Positions 39,822-49,491 of a stretch of 64,000 nt of DNA are shown piece by piece. The position numbers and the translations under genes are program-made. The stretch is taken from contig OY782041.1 of assembly GCA_963677595.1 (NCBI GenBank), positions 1,024,001-1,088,000 of the forward strand, written 5' to 3'. Source of the DNA: Spirochaetia bacterium (GTDB lineage: Bacteria; Spirochaetota; Spirochaetia; CAKZLE01). Under the pieces are notes generated by a model. The model saw only the letters and a program-made list of their open reading frames with translations. It had not been told where the DNA came from and did not search any database. The stretch's first letter is position 1, and each line of letters begins with the position of its first letter.

Positions 39822-40706
39822 ATGATCGATTACAAATTATTAGAAGCCCTGGCCATGGTCGTGCAGGAGCAGGGGTTCGAGAAAGCCGCTGAGAAACTCT
39901 TCATCACGCAGTCGGCGGTATCGCAGAGGATTCGGTCGCTGGAAGACCAGGTCGGGTCCATCGTCATCACCCGTACCTCACCCCCGATCCCTACTGAGGT
40001 CGGGAAGCGGCTGGTCAGGCACTGCCGCCAGGTCATGCGGCTCGAGGAGGAGCTTGCGGAAGCTTCACCTGCCGAGGAGAACCCCCTCTTCACTACGGTA
40101 CCGGTCGGGGTGAACATGGACAGCCTCGAACTCTGGTTCCTGCCGGCAGTCAGGGACCTGCTCTTCGAGGAGCACATCCTCCTCGACATCCACATGGACG
40201 ACCAGGACCAGACGAGGGAGTTCCTCCGGGACGGTACCGTGTCGGGGACCATCAGCTCGAGCAGCCGGAGGCTGCAGGGTTGCAGCGTCCACAGGCTCGG
40301 GGTCATGGAATACCAGCTCATCTGCACCCCGGCCTTCCGGTCAAGGTGGTTCCCTGAAGGCTTCACCCGTGAAGCCGTACGGCAGGCCCCTGCCGTCATC
40401 TTCAACCGGTCCGATACCTTGCTCGACAGGCAGCTCGATGAGTATTATTCAGTTTCCGGGACAGCATACCAGGCCCATTACGTCCCCTCTACCGTCCAGT
40501 TCCTCTCCATGATCATCGAAGGCTTGGCCTACGGCATGACGCCGGTGATCCAGTGCCGGGATTTACTGGATGAAGGGATAGTCATCCCGCTGGTCGGGAA
40601 ACCCATGGCGGTGGACCTCTACTGGCACTGTTGGAATATCGCATCGGAGAGCCTGGCAGCAGTCACTGATGCCGTCATCCTCGGTGGGAAGCAGTACCTC
40701 TCCTGA
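39822..40706 (+). CDS. argP: ArgP/LysG LysR-type regulator
   Basis: DYKLLEAL, ITQSAVSQRI, VNMDSL, LYWHCW; divergent from argO. Confidence 0.9.
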   Translation: MIDYKLLEALAMVVQEQGFEKAAEKLFITQSAVSQRIRSLEDQVGSIVITRTSPPIPTEVGKRLVRHCRQVMRLEEELAEASPAEENPLFTTVPVGVNMDSLELWFLPAVRDLLFEEHILLDIHMDDQDQTREFLRDGTVSGTISSSSRRLQGCSVHRLGVMEYQLICTPAFRSRWFPEGFTREAVRQAPAVIFNRSDTLLDRQLDEYYSVSGTAYQAHYVPSTVQFLSMIIEGLAYGMTPVIQCRDLLDEGIVIPLVGKPMAVDLYWHCWNIASESLAAVTDAVILGGKQYLS

Positions 40707-41277
40707 TATCGATACTGATGAGGATGAGTCCAATGAAGAGGAACAGGACGGTGAGCCCGAGGAGCCACAGGATAGAACCAATAGCTCCCATCCCCGTGAT
40801 GTCGAAGAAGAAGTAGCGTGCCTCCCCGCGGATGAGCCATTCGATGATGCCTGCCAGGCAGTAGATCGCGGGATAGAGCACCACAGCTTTGAGGTCACCG
40901 ATCGAGAGTACCCCGCTTCTCTTAGAAAGCAGGAACCAAAGGAGGAAGAGTACCGTCGTGGACCCGTGGTTGATATACATCACCACGGTACTCAAGCCTG
41001 AGGCATCAGCGAACCAGCTCCGAAGGAAAAGCTGGAACACAAGGGCGGTCACGGTGATCGCCGCCGCCGCTGCGAGCTCCACCCTCCTGCTGAAGGGCCT
41101 GCCGAGCAGGGTCCTGATCACGATGATATCCACCAGTATGTTGGACTCGATGGTGAAGTAGCCGAGGAGGTTCACGATATAGAGCAGGCTCCCAGCCTCG
41201 ATGAACCGGTAGGCAAGCGCCGGGAGGGAGGTGGCGAGTATGAGTATCGAGACGGTGATCCTCAGGTTCCTTCTCAT
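40675..41277 (-). CDS. Pr6Pr-like membrane protein
   Basis: YFTIESN, conserved H, YP..Y, YFFFD. Confidence 0.7.
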   Translation of the reverse strand: MRRNLRITVSILILATSLPALAYRFIEAGSLLYIVNLLGYFTIESNILVDIIVIRTLLGRPFSRRVELAAAAAITVTALVFQLFLRSWFADASGLSTVVMYINHGSTTVLFLLWFLLSKRSGVLSIGDLKAVVLYPAIYCLAGIIEWLIRGEARYFFFDITGMGAIGSILWLLGLTVLFLFIGLILISIDIRRGTASHRG

Positions 41278-41322
41278 GAGATCAGTATAGACTGCGTGGC
41301 AGTATATGGCAATCTTCCCGTC

Positions 41323-42105
41323 TTAGGTGAACCACCTCACGGTATTGTAGATGCAGAGGATCATGATGATCGCCAGGACTCCCATGAAGAGCTTGTCCAC
41401 TGCCCGGTTCGTCATCCTGTGGGAGATGAACGAACCGGTCAGGCCGCCAGTGATCCCGCCGATGATCATGATGATCAGTGACGCCGGCTCGAACTCGGGC
41501 AGGTTTCCCGAGAGGATGGTGAACAGGAGGTTCGCGACCTGGGAGAAGAAGATGATGAAGATCGAGTTGAGGGCCGCTGTCTTGGAGTCCATGGAGAAGA
41601 AGAAGTAGAGGACTGCCAGGTTGATCGGGCCTCCGCCGATCCCGAGAAAGGAGGCGAAGCCTCCGAGCACCAGCCCGACGAAGATGCTGAAGAGCATGCT
41701 CTTATGGTGCTGGGGCTTGATCTGCTGCTTGAAGATGTAGAAGAGGAGGACCCCGAGGGTGATGATGAAGAGGAAGACAGACTGGGAGATCCCGATGACC
41801 TTGTCATTGCCGAACCCGCTCTTCACCAGGTCGAAGAGGTTCTTCCCGGCAAGCCCGCCGAGGATACCGCCAACTGCCATCATGGAGGTGTTCTTCACGT
41901 TGATGGAGACCGGGCTCTTCCTGCTCCGTATGAGGGAGACCGTCGCCATCGACAGTACCGTGGTGCTCGAGAGGAAGCTGATCGTGGATACCCCGAGACC
42001 GCTGACCACGTCCATGACCGGCTTGATGATGACACCGCCGCCGATGCCGCTGATCGCACCGATGATCGATGCACCGAAACTGATGATGAAGAAGACGAGA
42101 TACAT
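41323..42105 (-). CDS. TSUP (TauE/SafE) transporter
   Basis: Duplicated GIGGG motifs; about 8 TM segments. Confidence 0.88.
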   Translation of the reverse strand: MYLVFFIISFGASIIGAISGIGGGVIIKPVMDVVSGLGVSTISFLSSTTVLSMATVSLIRSRKSPVSINVKNTSMMAVGGILGGLAGKNLFDLVKSGFGNDKVIGISQSVFLFIITLGVLLFYIFKQQIKPQHHKSMLFSIFVGLVLGGFASFLGIGGGPINLAVLYFFFSMDSKTAALNSIFIIFFSQVANLLFTILSGNLPEFEPASLIIMIIGGITGGLTGSFISHRMTNRAVDKLFMGVLAIIMILCIYNTVRWFT

Positions 42106-42234
42106 GCTGGCAGACCCCCTCACGGTATGTTGGTTATTCTCCTGATTTCCCCTGATTATATAGAATTATACCCGCCGTGGAAACCGTGGGAGACAGGGTT
42201 GCCAGAAGTCTGCCTGCTGAAGTACAATCATCCC

Positions 42235-42747
42235 ATGATGATCAAGACCTGTACCCCTGACGACGCGGCTGTCCTTGCAGCCATCGGCAGAGAGACCTTC
42301 CATGCCACTTACCACCACCTCAACACACCGGAGGTCCTGGAGGACTACCTGAACCGGACCTACGATAGAGAGAAGATCAGGGACGGCCTCGCAGACCCGA
42401 ACTCAACCACGACCATTATCCTGGATGGGGGGATCCCCGCAGCCTTCCTAAAGGTGAACCTCCCGCCCTCCCAGACCGATTTCAACGAGGCGGATACACT
42501 GGAACTCCAGAGGATCTATGTGAGGGAGCCGTTCAAGGGCCGGGGCTACGGCAGGCTGCTTATCGACGAGGCGGTACAGACAGCTAAGCAGCACCGCTGC
42601 CGCTATATCTGGCTCAGCGTCTGGGAGAAGAACCCGGCAGCCGTCAGCTTCTATGGGAAGATGGGGTTCCACACCGCTGGTACCCGCCTCTTCGACATGG
42701 GGAAGGAACTACAGAGAGACCTCGTCCTCAGGTATGTTATACCATAG
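42235..42747 (+). CDS. GNAT acetyltransferase (PaiA-like)
   Basis: ELQRIYV...KGRGYG, WLSVWEKN..A..FY. Confidence 0.9.
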   Translation: MMIKTCTPDDAAVLAAIGRETFHATYHHLNTPEVLEDYLNRTYDREKIRDGLADPNSTTTIILDGGIPAAFLKVNLPPSQTDFNEADTLELQRIYVREPFKGRGYGRLLIDEAVQTAKQHRCRYIWLSVWEKNPAAVSFYGKMGFHTAGTRLFDMGKELQRDLVLRYVIP

Positions 42748-43042
42748 CCACAGACAGGCTCCCCTCCCATGATATCCCTGTTTCCATACGAAAGGCAGGT
42801 GCAATACCGCCTCGTATGTGCTATGCTGTCCCCAGACATTTTTTGGCCTCCTGCGCTGCCTGTTCAATCGCGTTGCGAACCGCTGTTGATATGGCATCAC
42901 AGAGGGCTGGTTCTACCTTGCAACTACAGGTAGAACCATATACCCAGCTCAGGCACAGCCTGCGAGGGTCTTATGGTACCAACTTTGGCAGTTTATGCAG
43001 TAATATGGATGTAGAGCTGTTTCAGAAAGATGGAGGGGCTTC

Positions 43043-44521
43043 ATGACTTTGGAACAGATCAAGAAACTGCTTTCTCTTGGCGAAAATCAACACATTGAGT
43101 TCAAGTCCTCCATACGCAATCTTGACGGCTTGGGAAAAACTGTTTGCGGATTCCTGAATAAAGATGGCGGGTATGTGATTTGCGGTGTGACCGAGAAGGG
43201 AGAGATCATCGGAATTGATGATTCACATGATGCCCTCACTAAACTTGAGCAGTATTTGATTGAACATATCTCCCCGAAAGCGTTCGTTGCTGTTCAAGCT
43301 GAGGAATTGGATAAAAAGCTCGTACTTTCCATTGAGGTACCATTAGGTAACGATGTCCCATATGCTTTCAAAGATGTTATATATATACGTTCCGGAGAAC
43401 TCACACAGGTAGCCACGACCCAGATTATTCGCGATATAGTGATGCGTCATCAAATCGAGCCTGAACGCTGGGAACGCCGGTTTTCCATTGCTGATGTCGA
43501 GGAACATATCGACATACAAGAGGTAGGAGCGACGGTGTCAGCCGCTGCAAGTGTGCGAAGGGTGTTGTTTCGAGATGAAGGGAACCTCTCCATGGTCTTG
43601 GAAGATTTCTCGGTTGCTCGGTATGGGCGCTTAACGAACGGTGGAGATGTTCTTTTTGCTACGAACCCAGCCATCCGATTACCACAGACTCGAATCAGAG
43701 CTATGCGCTACAGCTCAGATAAAACTGGCGACAAATTCAGTGACATGAAGTCTTTCGAAGGACCGCTGTACCGTATTTTTGAGGATGCCTACTCATTTAT
43801 CATTCGCAACACTCCAAGTATTTCTACCTTCATCAAAGATAACCCTAACCGCTATGATGCTCCTCTATATCCTGAAGAAGCGGTACGCGAGGCGTTGATC
43901 AACGCTTTAGTACATCGCGACTATAGTGCAGCATCTGGAGGGGTCAGCATCCATGTGTATCCCAAACGGCTGGAAATATGGAATTCAGGGTCACTCCCAG
44001 ATGGAATAACCGAACAGAGCCTGCTCAAAGGTCAAATCTCAATACTTCGAAATCCTGATATCGCCCATGTCTTATATCTGCGGGGGCTCATGGAAAAAGC
44101 TGGCCGTGGTAGTGTGCTCATGGTGCAGAAATGCCTCGAACATGGATTACCAGCACCATGTTGGAAATCGGATCCAAAACTGGGAGTAACGGTGACATTC
44201 CTCACCCCGGAAGTCACCCCGGAAGTCACCCCGGAAGTCACCCCGGAAGTCACCCCGGAAGTCACCCCGGAAGTTACCCCGGAAGTTACCCCGGAAGTCC
44301 TGAAACTCTTGAAGCACCTTTCGGGTGCAATGAGCCGGTGGGATCTGCAGGATGCCATTGGCCTCCGGGATGCAGAGCACTTCCGGAAATCCTATATAAG
44401 ACCAGCTCTTGAGATCAATGCTATCGAGATGACGATCCCAGAGAAACCCAAGAGCAGCAAACAGCAGTACCGTATCAGTACGGTTGGCGAGCAGCTATTG
44501 GCACAGTACAGGAAGAAGTAA
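43043..44521 (+). CDS. Schlafen/AlbA_2 plus HATPase_c_4 plus C-terminal wHTH protein
   Basis: GENQHIEFK, FLNKDGG, REALINALVHRDY, RNPDIA, EKAGRG, PKSSKQQY. Confidence 0.88.
   Translation: MTLEQIKKLLSLGENQHIEFKSSIRNLDGLGKTVCGFLNKDGGYVICGVTEKGEIIGIDDSHDALTKLEQYLIEHISPKAFVAVQAEELDKKLVLSIEVPLGNDVPYAFKDVIYIRSGELTQVATTQIIRDIVMRHQIEPERWERRFSIADVEEHIDIQEVGATVSAAASVRRVLFRDEGNLSMVLEDFSVARYGRLTNGGDVLFATNPAIRLPQTRIRAMRYSSDKTGDKFSDMKSFEGPLYRIFEDAYSFIIRNTPSISTFIKDNPNRYDAPLYPEEAVREALINALVHRDYSAASGGVSIHVYPKRLEIWNSGSLPDGITEQSLLKGQISILRNPDIAHVLYLRGLMEKAGRGSVLMVQKCLEHGLPAPCWKSDPKLGVTVTFLTPEVTPEVTPEVTPEVTPEVTPEVTPEVTPEVLKLLKHLSGAMSRWDLQDAIGLRDAEHFRKSYIRPALEINAIEMTIPEKPKSSKQQYRISTVGEQLLAQYRKK
44204..44299 (+). 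repeat. In-frame 12-bp tandem repeat x8 (ACCCCGGAAGTY, TPEV)
   Basis: Counted directly in the sequence. Confidence 0.95.
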
Positions 44522-44674
44522 CGCGGTCTGCTGATACGTTTCGTATAGTCTCTCATAGAGGGACAGCCTTTCTTATTCGCTTCCCTCAGGTATGTGTAAG
44601 GATGGTACGAGAATTCCCACAGCTAATCGGGCTCCAGGTCAGGCAGATGCTTCTGCCTGACGATCCGCATACTA

Positions 44675-45745
44675 CTAGCCCTGGCCAAGCAGCAGGTCTA
44701 TCAGCTTCGTATTGAGATAATAATTACTTCGTCCAAGTCTCAGTTTTTCCAGGACCCCCTGGTCAACGAGAAGATCCAGATACCGTACAGCCGTGATTCG
44801 GGAAACATCCAATTCAGTCATCACGAACCCGATCCTGGTGTAGGGATGGTTGAACAGGTTGTTCAGCAGTTCATGCCGGTATTTTCCTCCCAACAGATCA
44901 CGAAGCTTGTCCTTGGTATTCGCCATGAGGGATACGATGCCTTTTACCAGGACGATCGATTCATGTGCAGTCTGCCTGACCCCCTCGAGGAGGAAGAGGA
45001 TCCATTCCTCCCAGCTCTGTTCATCCCGGACTCCCTGCAGCAATCGATAGTATTCCTGCTTGTTCTGGATGATATAACGACTCAAGTAGAGTATCGGAAG
45101 ATCCAGCAAATCCTTGCTTACCAGATAGAGTATGTTGATGATCCGCCCCGTCCGGCCGTTCCCGTCATAGAACGGGTGGATGCTCTCGAATTGGTGATGA
45201 ATGATCGCCATCTTGATCAGGGGATCCAGGTCAGAGACCGACTCATCATTCATGAACCGTTCCAGGTTAGCCATATGTCTCTCAATATCGGCCCGGTTCT
45301 GGGGGGGAGTATACACGACCTTTCCATCCTGATCCTGAAGTGTCGTACCGGGAACACTCCTGAAGCCAGCCCTGTTCTGCTCCAGGATCTCCTGGATCCC
45401 TATGATCATCGAGGTAGTGAGCAGGCTGGTTCTTCTCATCCTGCTGAACCCTGTTTTTAGGGCTTCAGCATATTGCAACACCTCTTTTGTCGCACTGGTA
45501 ATCCTCACATGCTGCATACTCAGGTCAGCTTTAAATAGCTCATCCTGGGTTGTGGTGATATTCTCAACGGCGGAACTGTCTTTTGCCTCCTGCAGCGCCA
45601 AGGTGTTGATGAGAATACTCTCATTGGGGATCGTGTGAGCTATCCCTTTGAGTTCTGCAAGTTTTGCACGAGCCTGGATGAGTTTCTTCATGATAGGAAC
45701 CGTTTCAAACGAATAGGTCAGAGGCAAATCTGGTATGGCATACAT
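44675..45745 (-). CDS. Fic family protein (Fic_N, Fic, wHTH)
   Basis: EAKDSSAVEN, HPFYDGNGRTGR. Confidence 0.93.
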   Translation of the reverse strand: MYAIPDLPLTYSFETVPIMKKLIQARAKLAELKGIAHTIPNESILINTLALQEAKDSSAVENITTTQDELFKADLSMQHVRITSATKEVLQYAEALKTGFSRMRRTSLLTTSMIIGIQEILEQNRAGFRSVPGTTLQDQDGKVVYTPPQNRADIERHMANLERFMNDESVSDLDPLIKMAIIHHQFESIHPFYDGNGRTGRIINILYLVSKDLLDLPILYLSRYIIQNKQEYYRLLQGVRDEQSWEEWILFLLEGVRQTAHESIVLVKGIVSLMANTKDKLRDLLGGKYRHELLNNLFNHPYTRIGFVMTELDVSRITAVRYLDLLVDQGVLEKLRLGRSNYYLNTKLIDLLLGQG

Positions 45746-45767
45746 CGGCAGACTCCTATGGGAGTGA

Positions 45768-45882
45768 ATATGTATAGATTTCTCTTCTTTCTATACACAT
45801 ATTCATTATATGTATAGTTTTTCCCGATTTCTATACATATCATGAGGAATATAGGAAGAAATCGGGGAAAACTGATACATAT
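45768..45882. repeat. Three TGTATAG-N13-CTATACA-type palindromes at about 40-bp period
   Basis: 45771-45797, 45811-45837, and a degenerate inverted copy at 45849-45882. Confidence 0.75.
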
Positions 45883-46644
45883 CTACCGTCCGCAGACGAA
45901 GAAGAGCCTCCCCTCCTGGGCCTCGGCGAGCGGTATCTCCGTATCGACTAACTGCTCATCCTCATCATAGACCTTCACATCGGGAAAGATCGGGGTCACG
46001 GCATCGATCACCTGCTGCGCGGTCGGCGCGAACTCGGTGATCCGGTCGGTGTATCGGGTGAAGGAGTCTTCCTGCTCCTGCTTGAAGATGGTGACATCGA
46101 AATGGAAGAGCCCGGTCCCGTCGGCGTGGGCCTCATCCTCGACCACATCCATGATCAAAGTGTCCTCCTCCCCGAAGGAGCGTATGACCGGCGGGAAGAG
46201 CGCGAGCCTGCCCAGCCGTTCAGGGGTGTTCATGTCGAAGATGCAGAGGCCTTCGGGGGAGAGGTGTTCCTTCATCCGGTTGAAGGTCCTCACCCAGCCG
46301 GGAAAGGTCTGCAGGTGGTTGAGGGAGTCGAAGAGACAATAGATCAGGTCGAACTCCCCCGGGATGGTGAAATCCCGCATGTCCTGTTCGTAGAACGTAG
46401 CATCCGGGAGCCGCTCTCTTGCATGCCCGAGCATCGCCGGGCTTATATCAAGGCCGGCGATGCTCTCGAACTCGTCCCCGATGAGCTCGAGGATCCTGCC
46501 GGTCCCGCAGCCAAGCTCGAGGACCGAGTCATGGTTCACCAGCCGGGTATCGATCATCTCATGGAGGAAGTGATCGCACCAGCTGTAATCCTGCATCGCC
46601 TGGTCATAGAAAGCGGAAAAGGTATCATAGGTCATAGGATGCAT
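45883..46644 (-). CDS. Class I SAM-dependent methyltransferase
   Basis: VLELGCGTG, LDISPAML, QDMRDF, FDSLNH. Confidence 0.92.
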   Translation of the reverse strand: MHPMTYDTFSAFYDQAMQDYSWCDHFLHEMIDTRLVNHDSVLELGCGTGRILELIGDEFESIAGLDISPAMLGHARERLPDATFYEQDMRDFTIPGEFDLIYCLFDSLNHLQTFPGWVRTFNRMKEHLSPEGLCIFDMNTPERLGRLALFPPVIRSFGEEDTLIMDVVEDEAHADGTGLFHFDVTIFKQEQEDSFTRYTDRITEFAPTAQQVIDAVTPIFPDVKVYDEDEQLVDTEIPLAEAQEGRLFFVCGR

Positions 46645-46803
46645 CCCTCTGTCTCCAGTATAGCACATCGGCTGCGGAGCATGAGGTACCAACCCTATAG
46701 GGATTATGATGATTATACAAGAGTATCGCAGTATATGCATTCTTCACAGGGAAATGGCCGGGTGAACATCGACACAGAGCCGTGAATCAGGTACTATTTG
46801 CAC

Positions 46804-47955
46804 ATGGAGTTCATGAACCAGGTATTCATCAATGTGTTCTCAGTCATCCTCGTCATCGCGACGCTCATCTCATTGGGGCGGCCCGCATGGAAGGCAGGCC
46901 CTGAGACAACACCTGACATGAACCTCTACCGATACTTCGCCATCTCCATAAGCACCATCATGCTCGTGGATGCGGTCCTCTGGTACATAGACAGCCATCC
47001 CCTAAGCACCGGACGGCCGATACATATCGTCCTCTACATCATCTACTACGGCCTGCAGCTCGCACCTTCATCGATCTACATCCTCTATACTGAATTCCAT
47101 CTCTACGAGAGCATGGTGAGGATCAGGAAAGCCCTGCGGGTAATCATCCCGGCGAATCTACTCATCGTCCTGATCTCCGTCACGTCTCCCTGGACAGGGA
47201 TCTTCTTCACCATAGACCAGGCAAACGGCTACACCAGGGGCTATGCCATCATCCCGTTGTTCGCCTTCATCGCCCTCATGACCATGCTTGGGCTCACCCT
47301 CGTGATCGTGAGCAGGAAGAAAGTGCCGAGCAAGACAGCACTCACGTTGTTGCTCTTCCCACTCTTCTCCCTCACCGGAGGGATCATCCAGGCGCTCAAC
47401 TTCGGTGTGGTCATGGTCTGGCCGAGCTGCGTCATCTTCGTCATCGCAGCTGCGCTGAACATCCAGAAAGAACAGATCCATACCGACCACCTCACCGGCC
47501 TCATGAACCGGCGCCGACTTGAACAGGAACTGTTCCAGTCACTGCATAACGCCACAAAGGCCCTCGGCGGTATCCTCATCGACCTGAACGACTTCAAGCA
47601 GATCAACGATACCTGGGGGCACCATGTGGGGGACCGGGCACTGCAGGAAGCCGCGGAGATCCTCCGCCATGCAGCAGGGCCGAAGGATATCATCGCCCGG
47701 GTCGGGGGAGATGAGTTCATCCTGCTCTCCCCCGGGGGCGATGCATCCCATCTCGAGCAGATCAGGGAACAGATCAGCTACCTGGCAACCCTTCACAAAC
47801 TTGATGAGACCCACCCATACAGCCTCTCCTTCAGCATGGGAAGCGACCTGTACGACGAGGACCGGGACCACCAGGGAGAGACATTCCTTATGCACCTCGA
47901 CAACCTGATGTACCAGGAGAAGGCAGCCTACAAGAGCAGGAAACTCAGCGAATAG
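46804..47955 (+). CDS. Membrane diguanylate cyclase
   Basis: DHLTGLMNRR, FKQINDTWGH, RVGGDEF. Confidence 0.92.
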   Translation: MEFMNQVFINVFSVILVIATLISLGRPAWKAGPETTPDMNLYRYFAISISTIMLVDAVLWYIDSHPLSTGRPIHIVLYIIYYGLQLAPSSIYILYTEFHLYESMVRIRKALRVIIPANLLIVLISVTSPWTGIFFTIDQANGYTRGYAIIPLFAFIALMTMLGLTLVIVSRKKVPSKTALTLLLFPLFSLTGGIIQALNFGVVMVWPSCVIFVIAAALNIQKEQIHTDHLTGLMNRRRLEQELFQSLHNATKALGGILIDLNDFKQINDTWGHHVGDRALQEAAEILRHAAGPKDIIARVGGDEFILLSPGGDASHLEQIREQISYLATLHKLDETHPYSLSFSMGSDLYDEDRDHQGETFLMHLDNLMYQEKAAYKSRKLSE

Positions 47956-48058
47956 AGATCCAACCAACCCGCTAACTGAAGTTTCACAAAGAACTTACAG
48001 AAAAACTCTGGCATTCAGGGCTATTACCTGCGATAATTGCATACAAGGAGGAGCGCTT

Positions 48059-48514
48059 ATGGGAAAGATCATATTCGTCTATGATACCCAGTTCGGGAAC
48101 ACCAGGGAGCTCGCAGAACACATGTGCTCAGAGCTAGAGAAAAACCATACGACCTCACTGTTCCATATAGAGGAGATCCCGCCCGAGGAGCTCAGCTCAC
48201 CAGACCTGATCGTCATCGGGACCCCCACCCACGGGGGAAGGCCGACCCCGCCCGTTGACAAACTCCTGCAGCAGGTACAGAAAGACATCCCCGTTGCAGT
48301 CTTCGATACCAGTACCTCCCCCGTTGGGGAGAGCCGGTTCCTCAAGTTCATCATCCGCTTCTTCGGCTATGCCTCCACCCGCATGGAGAAGAGCCTGAAG
48401 AACCGCGGCATCACCGTCCCAGGCGCATCGACCTTCCTTGTCACAGGACGAGAGGGTCCGATCATCGAAGGGGAAAAGGAACGGGCGGTCACCTGGGTGA
48501 AGTCCCTGCTGTGA
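48059..48514 (+). CDS. Flavodoxin family protein
   Basis: TQFGNT, IGTPTHGG, AVFDT. Confidence 0.88.
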   Translation: MGKIIFVYDTQFGNTRELAEHMCSELEKNHTTSLFHIEEIPPEELSSPDLIVIGTPTHGGRPTPPVDKLLQQVQKDIPVAVFDTSTSPVGESRFLKFIIRFFGYASTRMEKSLKNRGITVPGASTFLVTGREGPIIEGEKERAVTWVKSLL

Positions 48515-48582
48515 CGAAAATTCCTCCCTCTTTCCTGTTCAGCGGACTTGAAGTAATCCTCCCAAACCACTAGTCTTTTCCC

Positions 48583-49317
48583 ATGAGTTTGACCTATGAG
48601 ATAGACCACTACGGGGGGGCGATCATCGCAGCTCCTGACCAGATACTGCCCTCCCCTGAGTTCGCAGCCCTCCTGCAGACTACGCTTGCCGTATTGAAGC
48701 AGGAAGAAAGGCGGCTTGCTTGGCTCTTTCTTCCTGTATCGCATGCATCCCTCGTCGGGGCGGCTGTGCAGCTCGGCTTCCTTTACCATCATGCCGATGA
48801 GAAGGGACTGCAGCTTTTCTGCCGCCTTGTACCCGATGCATTCGTCCCGGGCTACGCGACCCATTACATCGGGGCCGGCGGGGTGGTCATCGACGATGAG
48901 AGCCGGATCCTGACCATCCAGGAGCGGTACCATACCAGGAAGCACTACAAGCTTCCCGGGGGTGCCCTGGACCCGAACGAGCATATATCGGCAGGGGTCG
49001 TACGTGAGGTCTTCGAGGAGACCGGCATCCAGACCGAGTTCCTCTCGCTGAACTGCTTCAGGCACTGGCACGGCTACCGTTACGGCAAGTCCGACATCTA
49101 CTTCATCTGCCGGCTCAAGCCCCTCAGCCATGAGATTATCATGGATACCTCTGAGATCTCCGAGGCACTGTGGATGCCGGTGGAGCAGTTCCTCAGCCAC
49201 CCCGATACCCATCCCTTCAACCGAAAGATCGTCACCACCGCATTGAAAGAACCTGGGCTGCACATCGAGCAGCTAGAGGGGTATGGGACGCTTGAGACCC
49301 ATGAGATGATGTTCTGA
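48583..49317 (+). CDS. Nudix hydrolase (NUDT6-like)
   Basis: GF.YHHA, PGYATHYIGAGG, Nudix box PGG...REVFEETG. Confidence 0.88.
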   Translation: MSLTYEIDHYGGAIIAAPDQILPSPEFAALLQTTLAVLKQEERRLAWLFLPVSHASLVGAAVQLGFLYHHADEKGLQLFCRLVPDAFVPGYATHYIGAGGVVIDDESRILTIQERYHTRKHYKLPGGALDPNEHISAGVVREVFEETGIQTEFLSLNCFRHWHGYRYGKSDIYFICRLKPLSHEIIMDTSEISEALWMPVEQFLSHPDTHPFNRKIVTTALKEPGLHIEQLEGYGTLETHEMMF

Positions 49318-49318
49318 T

Positions 49319-49368
49319 CAAGCCTACATTTTCGTAGGCTTGTCGTGAATATCCTTACATTTATGTAG
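49319..49368. promoter_or_regulatory. Tandem (C/T)TAC-N6-GTAG sites, candidate enhancer for amtB
   Basis: CAAGCCTAC-ATTTTC-GTAGGCTTG and TTAC-ATTTAT-GTAG, centres 31 bp apart. Confidence 0.55.
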
Positions 49369-49422
49369 ATACCAAAGACCACAGATCCCTCCTCATCGCC
49401 CTGCAGGGGCGTAACTCATGGT

Positions 49423-49438
49423 TGGCATGTAATTTGCT
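49423..49438 (+). promoter_or_regulatory. Sigma54 promoter of amtB-glnK
   Basis: TGGCATGTAATTTGCT (GG-N10-GC). Confidence 0.85.
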
Positions 49439-49491
49439 GCGATTTAGGCGGAGCACAACATACAACACACATATGATGAGGAGAGATCACT

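Noticed and set aside
41704-42234. N-terminal extension of the GNAT ORF
   Set aside because: It is antisense to the TSUP gene; promoter-like elements point to ATG 42235.
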